A stretch of DNA of 48,684 nt from Octopus sinensis (lineage: Eukaryota): assembly GCF_006345805.1 (NCBI RefSeq), contig NW_021834666.1, positions 1 through 48,684 on the forward strand. The letters run 5' to 3'. The notes under the pieces are model-generated. The model did not search any database. It was not told the DNA's origin and saw only the letters and a list, made by a program, of their open reading frames with translations. Shown in pieces: positions 11,735 to 24,276 of the stretch; position 1 is the first letter of the stretch; every line of letters begins with the position of its first letter. The position numbers and the translations under genes were made by a program.

Positions 11735-12110
11735 TCCTAGTAGGGACTCTCATGCTGGACCCTCTTCTTTCCAGATGTAAAAAATGGGTTTGTGTAGTTC
11801 CAACAATCCTACCTAGAAAAAGTGATGTTACAAAAACATTGGAAACAATTCAGAACCAACAAGACCTGGGAGAAGAAGGCCTTTTCTCAGGGAGACATGA
11901 GGAGGTCCTAACATGAGGCCCTAACCTGTAACCAACAAGGGATACAGAAGAGAGGATGCCCTAAAAATAGTTGGAGGCAAGATACTGAGGGAGAGCTGAA
12001 AAAGTAGGGACCTAATTAGAGAGCAACAGAAATGACAGTGCAGAATCATAAACAGTGGAGAAAAGTTATCGATGGCTCCTGCTTCATAGAGGGTGAAGGG
12101 CTTAAGTAAG
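11735..12110 (+). mobile_element. Internally deleted RTE-clade derivative (5' UTR-like part joined to ORF 3' end, TAAG tail)
   Basis: 11915-12110 translates EALTCNQQGIQKRGCPKNSWRQDTEGELKK*G...VQNHKQWRKVIDGSC, matching the RTE C-terminal W.P.GKR.RGRP..W..D...A.DR..WR pattern; ends AAGTAAG. Confidence 0.7.
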
Positions 12111-12200
12111 CCAATAACCCACTGAATCATACAGAACCATTGGATTCTGTGTGTATGTATCATAGACTGGTGATTCTATGAAAGAAATAAAATATTTTAT

Positions 12201-12615
12201 ACTCTCTCTTTTACTTGTTTCAGTCATTTGACTGCGGCCATGCTGAAGCACCGCCTTTAGTCAAGCAAATCGACCCCGGGACTTATTTTTTGTAAGCCCA
12301 GTACTTATTCTATCGGTCTCTTTGCCGAACCGCTAAGTTATGGGGAGGTAAACACACCAGCATCGGTTGTCAAGCGATGTTGGAGGGGGGGGGACAAACC
12401 CAGACACACAAACACACACACACATATACATATATACATATACATATATACGATGGGCTTCTTTCAGTTTCCGTCTACCAAATCCACTCACAAGGCTTTG
12501 GTCGGCCTGAGGCTTTAGTAGAAGACACTTGCCCAAAGTGCCACGCAGTGGGATTGAACCCAGAACCATGTGGTTAGTAAGCAAGCTACTTACCACACAG
12601 CCACTCCTGCGCCTA
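12201..12615 (-). mobile_element. SINE family A, full length
   Basis: Reverse complement of the 6851-7255 structure. Confidence 0.93.
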
Positions 12616-13084
12616 TAATGAGTTAAAATCTAAAATACCTTGGCATTCTTTAGCAGTGCAGGAAAAAGTGATGCTATCAACAGATTCCAAAAACACTGTT
12701 TCTGGTGCATCGTCTTTTTACTTCTATCATTGGCTTTTCAAAACAGTTTGGTCTGAATTGTGGAAGATTCAGTTGCTCTATCTAGCATGTTATGCAGCCT
12801 TTCAGAAGCCAGTTCAATAAATTTTTTGTGTGCATGCGTGAGTGTGTGTATCTCTCTCTCTCTCTCTATGAATTCATGGATAGGATTAATATATTCTATA
12901 ATGGGCTAAAATAGCTTGACATTCCTAGGCGCTGTTGGAAAAAGTGATGCTTTCAAAAGATTCTGAAAACAGTGAGTAATCTCTCGTCAGCAACAAATGA
13001 TGGCAGAAATATGCATCAGTGTCAACTGCACACATATCCACCTCCATGTTTGTACGTATGTATGCACATGTATCTATTCACACA

Positions 13085-13290
13085 CATGTATGTTTTCTTT
13101 CTTTTATCCCTTTACTGGTTGTAGCCATTGGACTGCGACCATGCTGAAGCACTGCCTTCAAGGATTCTTGGTCAATTACCATCGACGCCTCCTCCCAGTA
13201 CTTTAATCTCGTACTCATGTTATCGATCTTGGTGGAAACTAAAGGCAAAGTCAACAGGGCATAAAGATAACCAATACAGAACAAAATGCC
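13085..13290 (-). mobile_element. Degenerate SINE A tail / SINE B body fragment
   Basis: gactgcgaccatgctgaagcactgcc followed by ctaaaggcaaagtcaac. Confidence 0.55.
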
Positions 13291-13364
13291 ATAAGGTATT
13301 GTTGTTTGACGCACCAATTCTGCCATCATTTACCAAAATACACATGAACATACATGCAGCGTGT

Positions 13365-13490
13365 GTATGTATCTATGTGTATATGATATATCTATATATA
13401 TTTATACATTATACATATGTATCATATATATATATATATACACAGTATACATATGTATCATACATATATATTTATACAGTATACATATGT

Positions 13491-13529
<39 letters not shown>

Positions 13530-13577
13530 TATACATATGTATCATACATATATATTTATACAGTATACATATGTATC

Positions 13578-13629
<52 letters not shown>

Positions 13630-13669
13630 GTGTGTGTATATATATAATATATATATATATGTGTGTGTG

Positions 13670-13701
<32 letters not shown>

Positions 13702-13836
13702 TATATATGTATGTGTGTATATATAGCATATATAAATGTCATATATATGCATTATATACACATATAAGTGTGTGCGTGTGTATGGGCTTCTGTACATATC
13801 GATTTATGTATATGCATATGTAAGTGAGTGTGTATG

Positions 13837-13915
<79 letters not shown>

Positions 13916-13980
13916 GTGTGTGTATATATATAATATATATATATATATGTGTGTGTGTATATATATATATATATATGCAC
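13365..13980. repeat. Compound microsatellite/minisatellite (CAGTATACATATGTATCATA units plus TA/TG)
   Basis: Direct inspection. Confidence 0.93.
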
Positions 13981-14793
13981 ATGTTTTGAGTGTTCCTATG
14001 GTACAAGTGTATATTAGTGTGTATATTAGGAGTTATTGGCTGGAGTTGATGTTTCATAGACCAATGCATATATAAAGCAAATCAGTGTCAGCTTACATCA
14101 TGGCAAGAGTGAATCATGATGACGATGATGATGATGATGACGGTAATAATAATAATTAGTGCAAACATCATCCATCTCTCCAAACATTGTTATCATAGTG
14201 GAACTAAACCAACAACAAACCCATTATTCTGATCATCTTCGTCAACACCATCATTATTATGGAGCTATTGTCATGAACCAGTGCTTTATCTCTCTCTCTC
14301 TCTCTCTCTAGGACACAGTCATCATCATGCCACTGATATAAAGACAACACATTACCTTTTACTACCTATCTCTCTCTCTCTCTCTCACACGCATATACAC
14401 ATACACACACATGTCATAGACAAAGTTTCATACAGTGACCAGCATAATAATAATAATAATAATAACAACTATTACTGATATGAAACAGTACACCATATTA
14501 TTCCGCATCCTTCGTCTTCTACCCCACACCTACACAGAACCTCTCTTTTCATCTCTCTCTCTCTCTCTCTATCTCACACACACACACACACACACGCATG
14601 CACACAACACACACACACACGTGTGAATTTTCACACTTGCATTGTTATAGACAAACTTTAACATTATCGTCAACAACATCCGCATAATATTATATATCAT
14701 TCCCTTATAACTGCATTTCTCTCTTTTTATTTATCTGTCTATCTGTTCTGTCTCTAGCATGCACATGCACACACACTAATATCTATCTATCTA

Positions 14794-14836
<43 letters not shown>

Positions 14837-14877
14837 CTCTCTCTTTCGGAGAGGCACTGAGCACCTACACGCACACG

Positions 14878-15027
14878 GCAGTAACTTCCGCCTACCAAAT
14901 TCAATCACAAAGCTCCAGTCAGGCCAGGGCTATAGTAGAAGACACTTGCCCAAAGTGCCACGCAGTGGGACTGAACCCGGAACCATGTTGCTAGGAAGCA
15001 AGTTCCCTAACCACACAGCCATGCCCA
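14878..15027 (-). mobile_element. SINE family A, 5' half
   Basis: gaagacacttgcccaaagtgccacgcagtgggactgaaccc. Confidence 0.85.
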
Positions 15028-15070
15028 TATATATATATATATATATTGTTCTGCAACCATAGTTTAATTT

Positions 15071-15101
<31 letters not shown>

Positions 15102-15199
15102 ATATATATGAAATACACACATACAATCACAGCTATTCTATTCACTCTATCTATCTATCTATCTATCTATCTAACCATCTCAGACACACACATGTGCAT

Positions 15200-15230
<31 letters not shown>

Positions 15231-15761
15231 CACACACAATCACAGAGTTTCTATTCTCTCCTCCTCAGATACACACTCTCACCTTCGCAGGTATCCTATG
15301 CTCTCTCAATCTATCTATCTATCCATCTCAAACACACACATACATATACACACACACACACACACACACACCACACACCATTACAATGAGACACAAATTC
15401 AAACATGCTTCTCTGCCTCCTTCCATCGCTCGCTCACTCGCTTCCCCACATCCCGCCTTCCCCACCGACCGACCGATCGACGACCAACCAATCAATCAAT
15501 CACTCAAATCACAGATGGTATATTAGATAACACAGGAAATGCAGACAATCAAGCCATACATGGCATACAAAGTTATTATTCCGATTATATCATTATATCA
15601 TTTATATATTGTTGTCATTATCAATGTCGTCGTTGTTATTGTTGTTGTTGTTGTTGTTGTTGTGTAGATCTGACTGTCGTTATTTCTGCAGCAGAGAAGA
15701 AATACCAGACTAAATAAACACAATTAAAAAAAACAAAGCAAAGAAACAATAAAGATTATTA

Positions 15762-15796
<35 letters not shown>

Positions 15797-16144
15797 TCCT
15801 TCCTTGGTTATTGTTTTTATCAAATTATCATAATGATTGAAAATACAAATGATGGTGGTGGGTGGGTGGGGGGTTATATTGAGTGTGTGTGTGTGTGTTC
15901 ATCGTTGTTGTTTATGGTGATGATGATGATGATGATGATGATGTGATTATCATGACTAATATTATTAATTCCACTCATGAGAAATAGTAGATCCATTTTC
16001 ACCATTTCATCAAATAGTATGTGTGTGTGTGTGTGTGTGTATGTGTGTGTGTGAGTGAATGCATAAATATATATGTATACATATACAAATTTATATGTAT
16101 GTATATACACAGACACACACACACATATATATATATATAAATGA

Positions 16145-16191
<47 letters not shown>

Positions 16192-16369
16192 AATGTAGGT
16201 ATATACTTATATTTATATACATAAATCTACACACACACACACATATATGAATATACATACATATATGCACACATATAAAATACTCCAGACTAATTCATTT
16301 ATCGGTAATCTCTGCTGCCGCCACCACCACCACCACCCCTTCATTCTCATCAGCATTATAATTACAAAA

Positions 16370-16520
16370 TCAACAACAGCAACAATAATAATAATCATTA
16401 TAATTATCACCATCAGCAGTAGCAGCATTACTATTATTATTACTATTATTATTATTATTATTACTATTGTTATTATTATTATTACTATTGTTATTATTAT
16501 TATTATTAATTGCTGTCATT
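16370..16520. repeat. (AAT)/(ATT) trinucleotide tract
   Basis: Direct inspection. Confidence 0.9.
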
Positions 16521-16625
16521 ATAACTTTTTTTTCTATTAGACTACTTCCACACTTTCTCTATCTCACAAAGCAGAAAACACAAACACTTAAAAGCTATAA
16601 TAAGTAAAACATATTACTATATATA

Positions 16626-16672
<47 letters not shown>

Positions 16673-17625
16673 CGAATGAATTTTAAATGCCAAATGGTAT
16701 TGAACTTATCTTAATTCCTTATTCCTCCTCATAACTCACCTTTCTACCACAACCAGTAAAAAGGAAGCCTCTAAGTGGATGGTCGAAGTTGTGGATATAA
16801 CAGTCAAATCACCCTCAATTACCTCCTGCTATTTTAAAACCGAGAATTACATTGGATAACATAATCTTGCATTTATTATTTTTATTGTTACCATTGCTGG
16901 GCAACACAGTACAATGATTTAGTCTTGAACAGTTTTATTAGCATATCAGTGTTTCTGTGATAAGAGGTTTCTGCAAGCCCCATGCTCAAACACTCATCTA
17001 ACATACAAAGAAAAGATTTCTATGAATGAAATCACTCTAACTAGTTCACAATGCAACGTAGCCAATTCTGAGAGATAAGGAAAGAGATAAAAAGAGGAGG
17101 AGAGAGAAAGAAAGAGGAATCAACTTCAGTACTTGACCGGTACTTTGTTTATAAACATTGGAAATATGAAAGGCCAAGCTAATTTCAGCAAGATTTGAAC
17201 TCAGAGCTGGGATACCACCACAGTTAATGACTCTGTCAAGACACCAACCAATATATTTTACATCAGCAAAATGAAAATAGAACAGTCATACCTGGAACAT
17301 GTCAGTTTGATGGGAGAACAACAATTGTGTAATCTACCCAACCATCCACCTTCATTTAATCAATTGATACATAATCCAGTGAAAGAGCTATTATAAATCT
17401 TTTCTGTGATTTGAACTTGAAACTATTTTGGTTTCCTAACACAAAATGTAACAGACTAAAGCATTTTCTAGGAATTTGGGGAATCTGGTCAAAGCAACTG
17501 ACGGCTGAGATGACATCAAGAAAAATTTGGAACTCAAAAAAATACAGTCTTAAAAACAGAAGCCAAATTTTTTTCAAATCCCTGTCTTGAAAAACAAAGA
17601 ACAATTGGATAATGTGATCCTAGAC

Positions 17626-17872
17626 ACACTATCTGCGATGATTTCATCTCAATCGAAGGAGAGGGGCTTTCTCCGTCCGGGTTGTGGATCCGTAGAATAA
17701 GCTGCCGGATGAGATGGTGAAGATGCCGACAACCGCTCGGTTCAAAGTCTCCCTTGACCACAAATGGCCTGAATTCTTTACATGAACACCACCATGTACA
17801 TAACTCCATGTCCCCCTACATGGCCTTGCTTTTTGCTTTTTGAGCCAAAAATTAACTAACTAACTAACTAAC
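17626..17872 (+). mobile_element. Extreme 3' end of a second CR1-clade LINE family with (CTAA)n tail
   Basis: Translates LNRRRGAFSVRVVDP*NKLPDEMVKMPTTARFKVSLDHKWPEFFT*; 3' UTR ends AACTAACTAACTAACTAAC. Confidence 0.82.
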
Positions 17873-19251
17873 ACTTGTAAAAAAAAAATGATGAGATGGC
17901 CACATCCAGAACGTCTTTGATCATAGCTCTGTTGCTTCAGGATTGACCAGAGGCTAAACACAACAGTATTGAGCTAAAAGTGAAGGACGTATTGGATAAT
18001 GCAGCTTTTAAAAAAAACTGTACAGACATAGCTGTAACACATTTGACCATAGGGAGCTAAACAACAATAAATAATGAAATGTAGAGGTCCTTTATTGTGC
18101 TGGAAAAACTAGACATGCAGAACCATTTCTAATCAACACACCTTTAATCATCAATGTGGTGGCTTACATGCCTTAATGTATGTGTATATATGTGTGTGTA
18201 TGTGTATACATATATATATTTATCCAAAAGGCATCCATCTGAAACTGTATTTTAACCCCATGTTTGCCATCAAGCAATTTGTGAACAATAGCGTTTCTAT
18301 TGGTTGGCTGTCAGTTTCCAACTGGCCAATCAATGATTCACTGTATTCCTGATAGAATGAATGATAAAAGGGTGTCTAACTCAATACAGGACAAATATTG
18401 CAAGAGATATTTATCATAAAGCATACGTTTTTCTCTCGCCTACATTTTATATGTTACACCAATATCATTGAAAGACACACGCAGAATGTGTGTGTGAGAG
18501 TGTTTGTGTATATACACACACACACACACACACATACATACATACATACATACATATTACAATATACATACTTGTATGCACACATACATATGGTGGGGTG
18601 TGCTTGTTCCAGTTTTCACCGCTTTTCAAATACTGCATTGCTGTATTGTTTCAATTTTTGTTGTTCAATGCTTTCTTTCCAAACCTTCTCCCAAATCACT
18701 CACTTTTATTAACTCCTGTTAACTTATTAACATTAGAAGACATTTTCACTCAAAGACATCCAATATATATAAGTAGATAAAGGCAGATATGAAATATTTA
18801 GGAGTGGGTCATTGTTGGTCTTGTTTTAAATGTAATATAACAGATGATGTCTGTGGCAAGTGAGGGCTACAAAGGAAAACAAAAATGAAGTACCAAACAA
18901 ATGCAGGTTCTCAAATAGGTACACTTTGTCCCTGTAAGTCAGAATAGGCGACTAAAAAGAGTGGTGGGAGAAAGGGCATCAAGTCATAAAATCCTGCTTC
19001 AATGAAGCATGTCCAACCCATGACAGCATGGAAAAGCAGATATTGAAATGTTATGATCAAACATATATGCAAGTTATGAAGGAGATCCCTTGAAATCAGA
19101 ACAGGAATATATTAGACAACAATAATGTAGGCACAAATGAAATAGCACATGCTTTAAGTTGAACTAGTGAGTACTTTATTTTGTATGTGCAAGTCTTGTT
19201 CTCAAAACCTTACACATACAACACCCATTATATGAGTGTGTGTGTGTGTAT

Positions 19252-19294
<43 letters not shown>

Positions 19295-19419
19295 GTGTGT
19301 GTGTATGTATATGTATATATATATACACACACATATATACATATGAACAGGCACAGCTATATACATCTACACTGACTCCTGTGCAGGTGGCAAGTAAAGA
19401 AACACCGTTTCGACCCTGT

Positions 19420-19800
19420 TTTTGAAGAGACCTATTGAGTCAAGTACATCAACATCAAAAATCAATGGAAATTGTAGCTGTGATCCCTGTGCCGGTGGCA
19501 CGTAACAAGCACCATCCGAACGTGGCTGATGCCAGCACCACCTTGACTGGCTTCCGTGCTGGTGGCATGTAAAAAGCACCAACTGATTGTGGCCGTTACC
19601 AGCCTCCTCTGGCCCCTGTGCCAGTGGCACATAAAAAGCATCCACTACACTCACGGAGTGGTTGGCGTTAGGAAGGGTATCCAGCTGTAGAAACACTGCC
19701 AGATCAGACTGGGGCCTGGTGCAGCCTCCTGGCTTCCCAGACCCCAGTCGAACTGTCCAACCTATGCTGGCATAAGAAAAACACATTAAATGATGATGAT
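19420..19800 (+). mobile_element. SINE-like family D copy
   Basis: Three GTGCYRGTGGCAY-RTAAMAAGCA units at 19489, 19556 and 19618; GGAAGGGTATCCAGCTGTAGAAAC; (TGA)n tail. Confidence 0.8.
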
Positions 19801-20583
19801 ATATATATATATTATAATATATATATTATATATATATATAACAAAAACTACAATTGTAAACGCTTGCCGAAAGAAAGGCAGTGCAAATGAAATTGCACTC
19901 ACAACGCACATGGTTGTGGAACAAACTGTAACTGTGCAGCCATGACAGCTTCCCATTAGTCACCACTCTCAATAAATATTGCTGGTAGTGATAGGTACTT
20001 TATTACTTGTTATCGTCATATAATCTGGATAGAGCCACACTGAACTATTTTATCAAAACCGTGTAATAAAGAAGAAAAAACAAAAAAAAACATCTAAGTC
20101 AGCCGCAAACAAATGCTGCAAGATGGGTGAGGGAACAGAAAAAAATATTTTAAGGTAAAATAAAAATGATGATAATAATAATAATGATGATGATGATGGT
20201 GATGTTGGAATAGAATAATAAAAAAAAAAAATCGGGAAACCAAACTTAATTTTTTTTTAAAAAGGAGGTAAGTTGAAGAAAATAAGAATAATATTATCTA
20301 ACAAAAATATAATAAAATATAGGAAAAGGGGGGAAATTCTCAGAGCAATGCACAAAAAAAAAAAGAAAATACATTAATAAATGAATAAGCCTTCTGTTCC
20401 TTTATTGTATGCATCAATCACAACAGAAAACTATATTCTGTAGTTTATCATTGCTGGGGAAAGCATTCAGGGAATTTTGCATTCAATAATATTTCATAGC
20501 TCAATTACTTTACTCTCTCTTTATTATTATTATTATCATTATTTTGGGAGGGTTTTTAGGGGTCCATTTACATTTTCTTTTAT

Positions 20584-20617
<34 letters not shown>

Positions 20618-20904
20618 CACTTTTTTGTTGTTGTTGTTTTGGTATTTTTTGTGTTTTATATTTTGATATCTGGGACATACACACACACACACAACACACA
20701 CACACAAGGAAAGCGTTTGTGTGTGTGTGTGCGTATACATATATAAACATACGTATATCTATACATATATATTTATGAATATAGATATAGAGATATCATA
20801 TATGCATGTGTATATGTATGCAGATCAGGGGGGGGAGTGTGGTTCAGTACACATATGCAAACAATTGGCATAAGAACAGAAGAAGAAATAATATTTGCAC
20901 ATAT

Positions 20905-21073
20905 GCATATATGTGTGTGGTGTGTGTGTGTGTATGTGTGTGTGTATATATATATATATAATATATATAAGTATATATATATATATAATAAGTATCATAT
21001 ATATAAGTATATATATATATATATATAAGTAATTATATATATAAGTATATATATATAAGTATATATATATAAG

Positions 21074-21104
<31 letters not shown>

Positions 21105-21303
21105 TATATATATATATATATATATATAAGTATATTATCTACATATACATTTATGTGTTTCTATATATGTATATGTATAAATGCATATATATATATATAT
21201 ATATATTTACATATATGTATGTGTGTGTATATACATGTATGTATATATGCATATATATATTTACATATATGTATGTGTGTATATATACACGTATGTATAT
21301 ATG

Positions 21304-21349
<46 letters not shown>

Positions 21350-21412
21350 TATATGAGTATATATTATATCTACATATACATTTGGTGTCTATATATGTAT
21401 ATGTATAAATGC

Positions 21413-21443
<31 letters not shown>

Positions 21444-21537
21444 TACATATATGTATGTGTGTATATATACATGTATGTGTATATACATATGTATATATGT
21501 ATATATATAAATCTGTATATATAATTATGTATGTGTC

Positions 21538-21569
<32 letters not shown>

Positions 21570-21650
21570 CGCACACACACACACACGCACATATATATAT
21601 ACACACATACACACAGACACACGTCCGCTTATACATATATAGCTAAATAA
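20905..21650. repeat. Compound (TA)n / TATAAG / TATG microsatellite
   Basis: Direct inspection. Confidence 0.93.
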
Positions 21651-22098
21651 TGACCCTAATGCAGCTGGCACAATGAATAAAATAGTTGGAGAGTGAATGG
21701 CAGATAGTTCAGTGGGTTGTGAAGTCTCAGAGCTGTCACGACTGCAATAACTCCCCCATCGACACTTATATGCTCTGTCACACATCTACACACAGAATTA
21801 CACACACACACACAAATGCACATAAAAATGTGTGCGCACAGACATACACACACAAACGTACACACTGACAAGCACACGTGCAAACATGCAACGTATATAT
21901 ATAAATGCACGCATGGATGAAAGTATATGAAACTGGTGTGTATTGTCCATTGTGTTCATAATTTCTAGTTAGAATCTGAGGCCAACTGTACTGAACAGGA
22001 ATTCTACAAAATGAAGTCGCAGGGAAGTCTAAAAGGGACGGTTTTAATCAGGAGAGAAGCTGAACATTTTTCTTTTTTTTTTTAATTATTAATGAACT

Positions 22099-22729
22099 TT
22101 AACCCTTTTGTTACCAACCCGGTTGAAACCGGCTCTGGCCCTCTAGTATAAATATCTTGTTTTCATAAGTTTTGAATTCAAATCTTCCACCAAATCTAAG
22201 TCACAATTTATGTTCCTAACAGTAGCTCAATGATAACGATGCTATTTTACTAAATTCTTTGTTATATTTAAAATAATTAGAAGAAACACAGAGCATCTCA
22301 AAATAAAGCGCAGGAGGGGCTGTGTGGTAAGTAGCTTGCTAACCAACCACATGGTTCCGGGTTCAGTCCCACTGCATGGCATCTTGGGCAAGTGTCTTCT
22401 GCTATAGCCCCGGGCCGACCAATGCCTTGTGAGTGGATTTGGTAGACGGAAACTGAAAGAAGCCTGTCGTATATATGTATATTTATATATGTATGTGTGT
22501 GTGTGTGTTTGTGTGTCTGTATTTGTCCCCCTAGCATTGCTTGACAACCGATGCTGGTGTGTTTACGTCCCCGTCACTTAGCGGTTCGGCAAAAGAGACC
22601 GATAGAATAAGTACTGGGCTTACAAAGAATAAGTCCCGGGGGTCGATTTGCTTGACTAAAGGCGGTGCTCCAGCATGGCCGCAGTCAAATGACTTAAAAG
22701 AGTAAAAGAGAGTAAAGAGAAAGAGTTAA
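22099..22729 (-). mobile_element. TTAA-flanked (piggyBac-type) MITE interrupted near one end by a SINE A
   Basis: TTAA|CCCTTTTGTTAC ... AAAGAG|TTAA; interior is the reverse complement of 31527-31733. Confidence 0.75.
22308..22720 (+). mobile_element. SINE family A, full length
   Basis: Same head, core and tail as 6851-7255. Confidence 0.93.
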
Positions 22730-22950
22730 GGTGACAAATTGGCAGAACCATTAGCTTGCTGGGCAAAAAGTTTGGTGGCATTTCATCTGTCTTAATGTTC
22801 TGAGTTCAAATTCCACCAAGGTTGACTTTGTTTTTCATCCTGCTGGGGTTTGATAAAATCAGTGCCAGCTGAGCATTGGGGCTGGTATAATCAACTTACT
22901 CCCCCACTAATTGCTGGCCTTGTGCCAAAATATGAGGCCATTATTAATAA
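22730..22950 (+). mobile_element. Diverged SINE family B
   Basis: ttggcagaaccattagc...tgagttcaaattccaccaaggttgactttg. Confidence 0.7.
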
Positions 22951-23045
22951 ACTTTGTACACACACACACCTTTTTTTTTCGTTTATTAACATCCACTTTT
23001 CCATGTTCGCATGGGCTTGATGGACTTTATTAAGGTAGATTTTCT

Positions 23046-23281
23046 TATTTTTTTAGTGCCCACAAGGGGCTAAACATAGGAGGGGACAAACAAGGACAGA
23101 CAAACGGATTAAGTCGGTTGCATCGACCCCAGTGCGTAACTGGTACTTAATTTATCAACCCCAAAAGGGTGAAAGGCAAAGTTGACCTCGGCAGAATTTG
23201 AACTCAGAACCAAACGGCAGACGAAATACTGATAAGCATTTCGCCTAGCATGCTAAAGTTTCTGCCAGCTCACCGCCTTTT
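23046..23281 (-). mobile_element. SINE family B with ~20-bp TSD, nested in a family D-like fragment
   Basis: TTTATTAAGGTAGATTTTCT (23026-23045) versus TTTATTGAGGCAGATTTTCT (23282-23301). Confidence 0.88.
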
Positions 23282-24186
23282 TTTATTGAGGCAGATTTTC
23301 TACAACCAAATACATTTCTGCTCACCAACTCTCACCTGTTTCTGAGCAAATTAATATTTCTCCATGTCTAGACATGGTTTTGCAGAATATTCAATACCCA
23401 GACTGTATGGCAGTGACACTCATTCACAATTAGCACACACTATCAAGAAAAAAGGAGACACAAATACATTCACCCATACACATATATCACCCTACTATTG
23501 CTAATTCTAGGTGCCTGCATAGTCAGAAGCAGACATGGGCACCACCACCTCCTCAGCCTTACCACACTTGATTCTGAGGAGCATTCAGAATGTAACAGCT
23601 GGAAATAGAAAGAAGGCCGCACCGGCACTTAGTGTCACTGGCTACTGAAGATATTTGAATTGAAAGAGTATATCTGATGGGCTGACTGGAATGTAGAGAA
23701 TGGAAGCAGCTTTTTTCTAAGAATACCCAATCGTAATGGTGGATTTGATCCATGAGGTGTAAGAATTATGACAGCTAGTTATCTATAACGGAGTCTCAGG
23801 AATCCAAACTTTATAGCACCACCAGAAAACCACTCATGGTTTCGACAATTGTGTGAGATATTAGGATAAACTTTTAGTAGCATTTCTGGAGATGTACTGA
23901 TGATAGTTCCACATTTTTCTTTCATCACTTTTCCACTGAGGATAGAAAATGTTGAAATTAAAGCAAAACTTTGGCAAAATTGGTTGCTGAGACCTCTCTA
24001 GCAAGTGAACATTGTAAAGAAAACAATGGAAAAAGAACTGATGAATGGACAAACAATTAAAAGTTGCAAAAAAAAAAAAGTTTCATTTTCTGTTGTAAAA
24101 GGACACATATGAACAGTTAAATTAAAGAAAAAAATGAAAGGAAAGGTCACAGTTTTGCAATGTAGCGAAACTAGAGGTAGCTTTAA

Positions 24187-24276
24187 AGTTAATTGTAAAG
24201 TCTAATTGTTAAGTTAATTGTAAAGTTTAATTGTATGTTTAATCGTAAAGTCTAATTGTAAAGTTTATTGTAAAGG
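24187..24276. repeat. Minisatellite, ~7 copies of a 13-14 bp AAAGTYTAATTGT unit
   Basis: Direct inspection. Confidence 0.85.
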
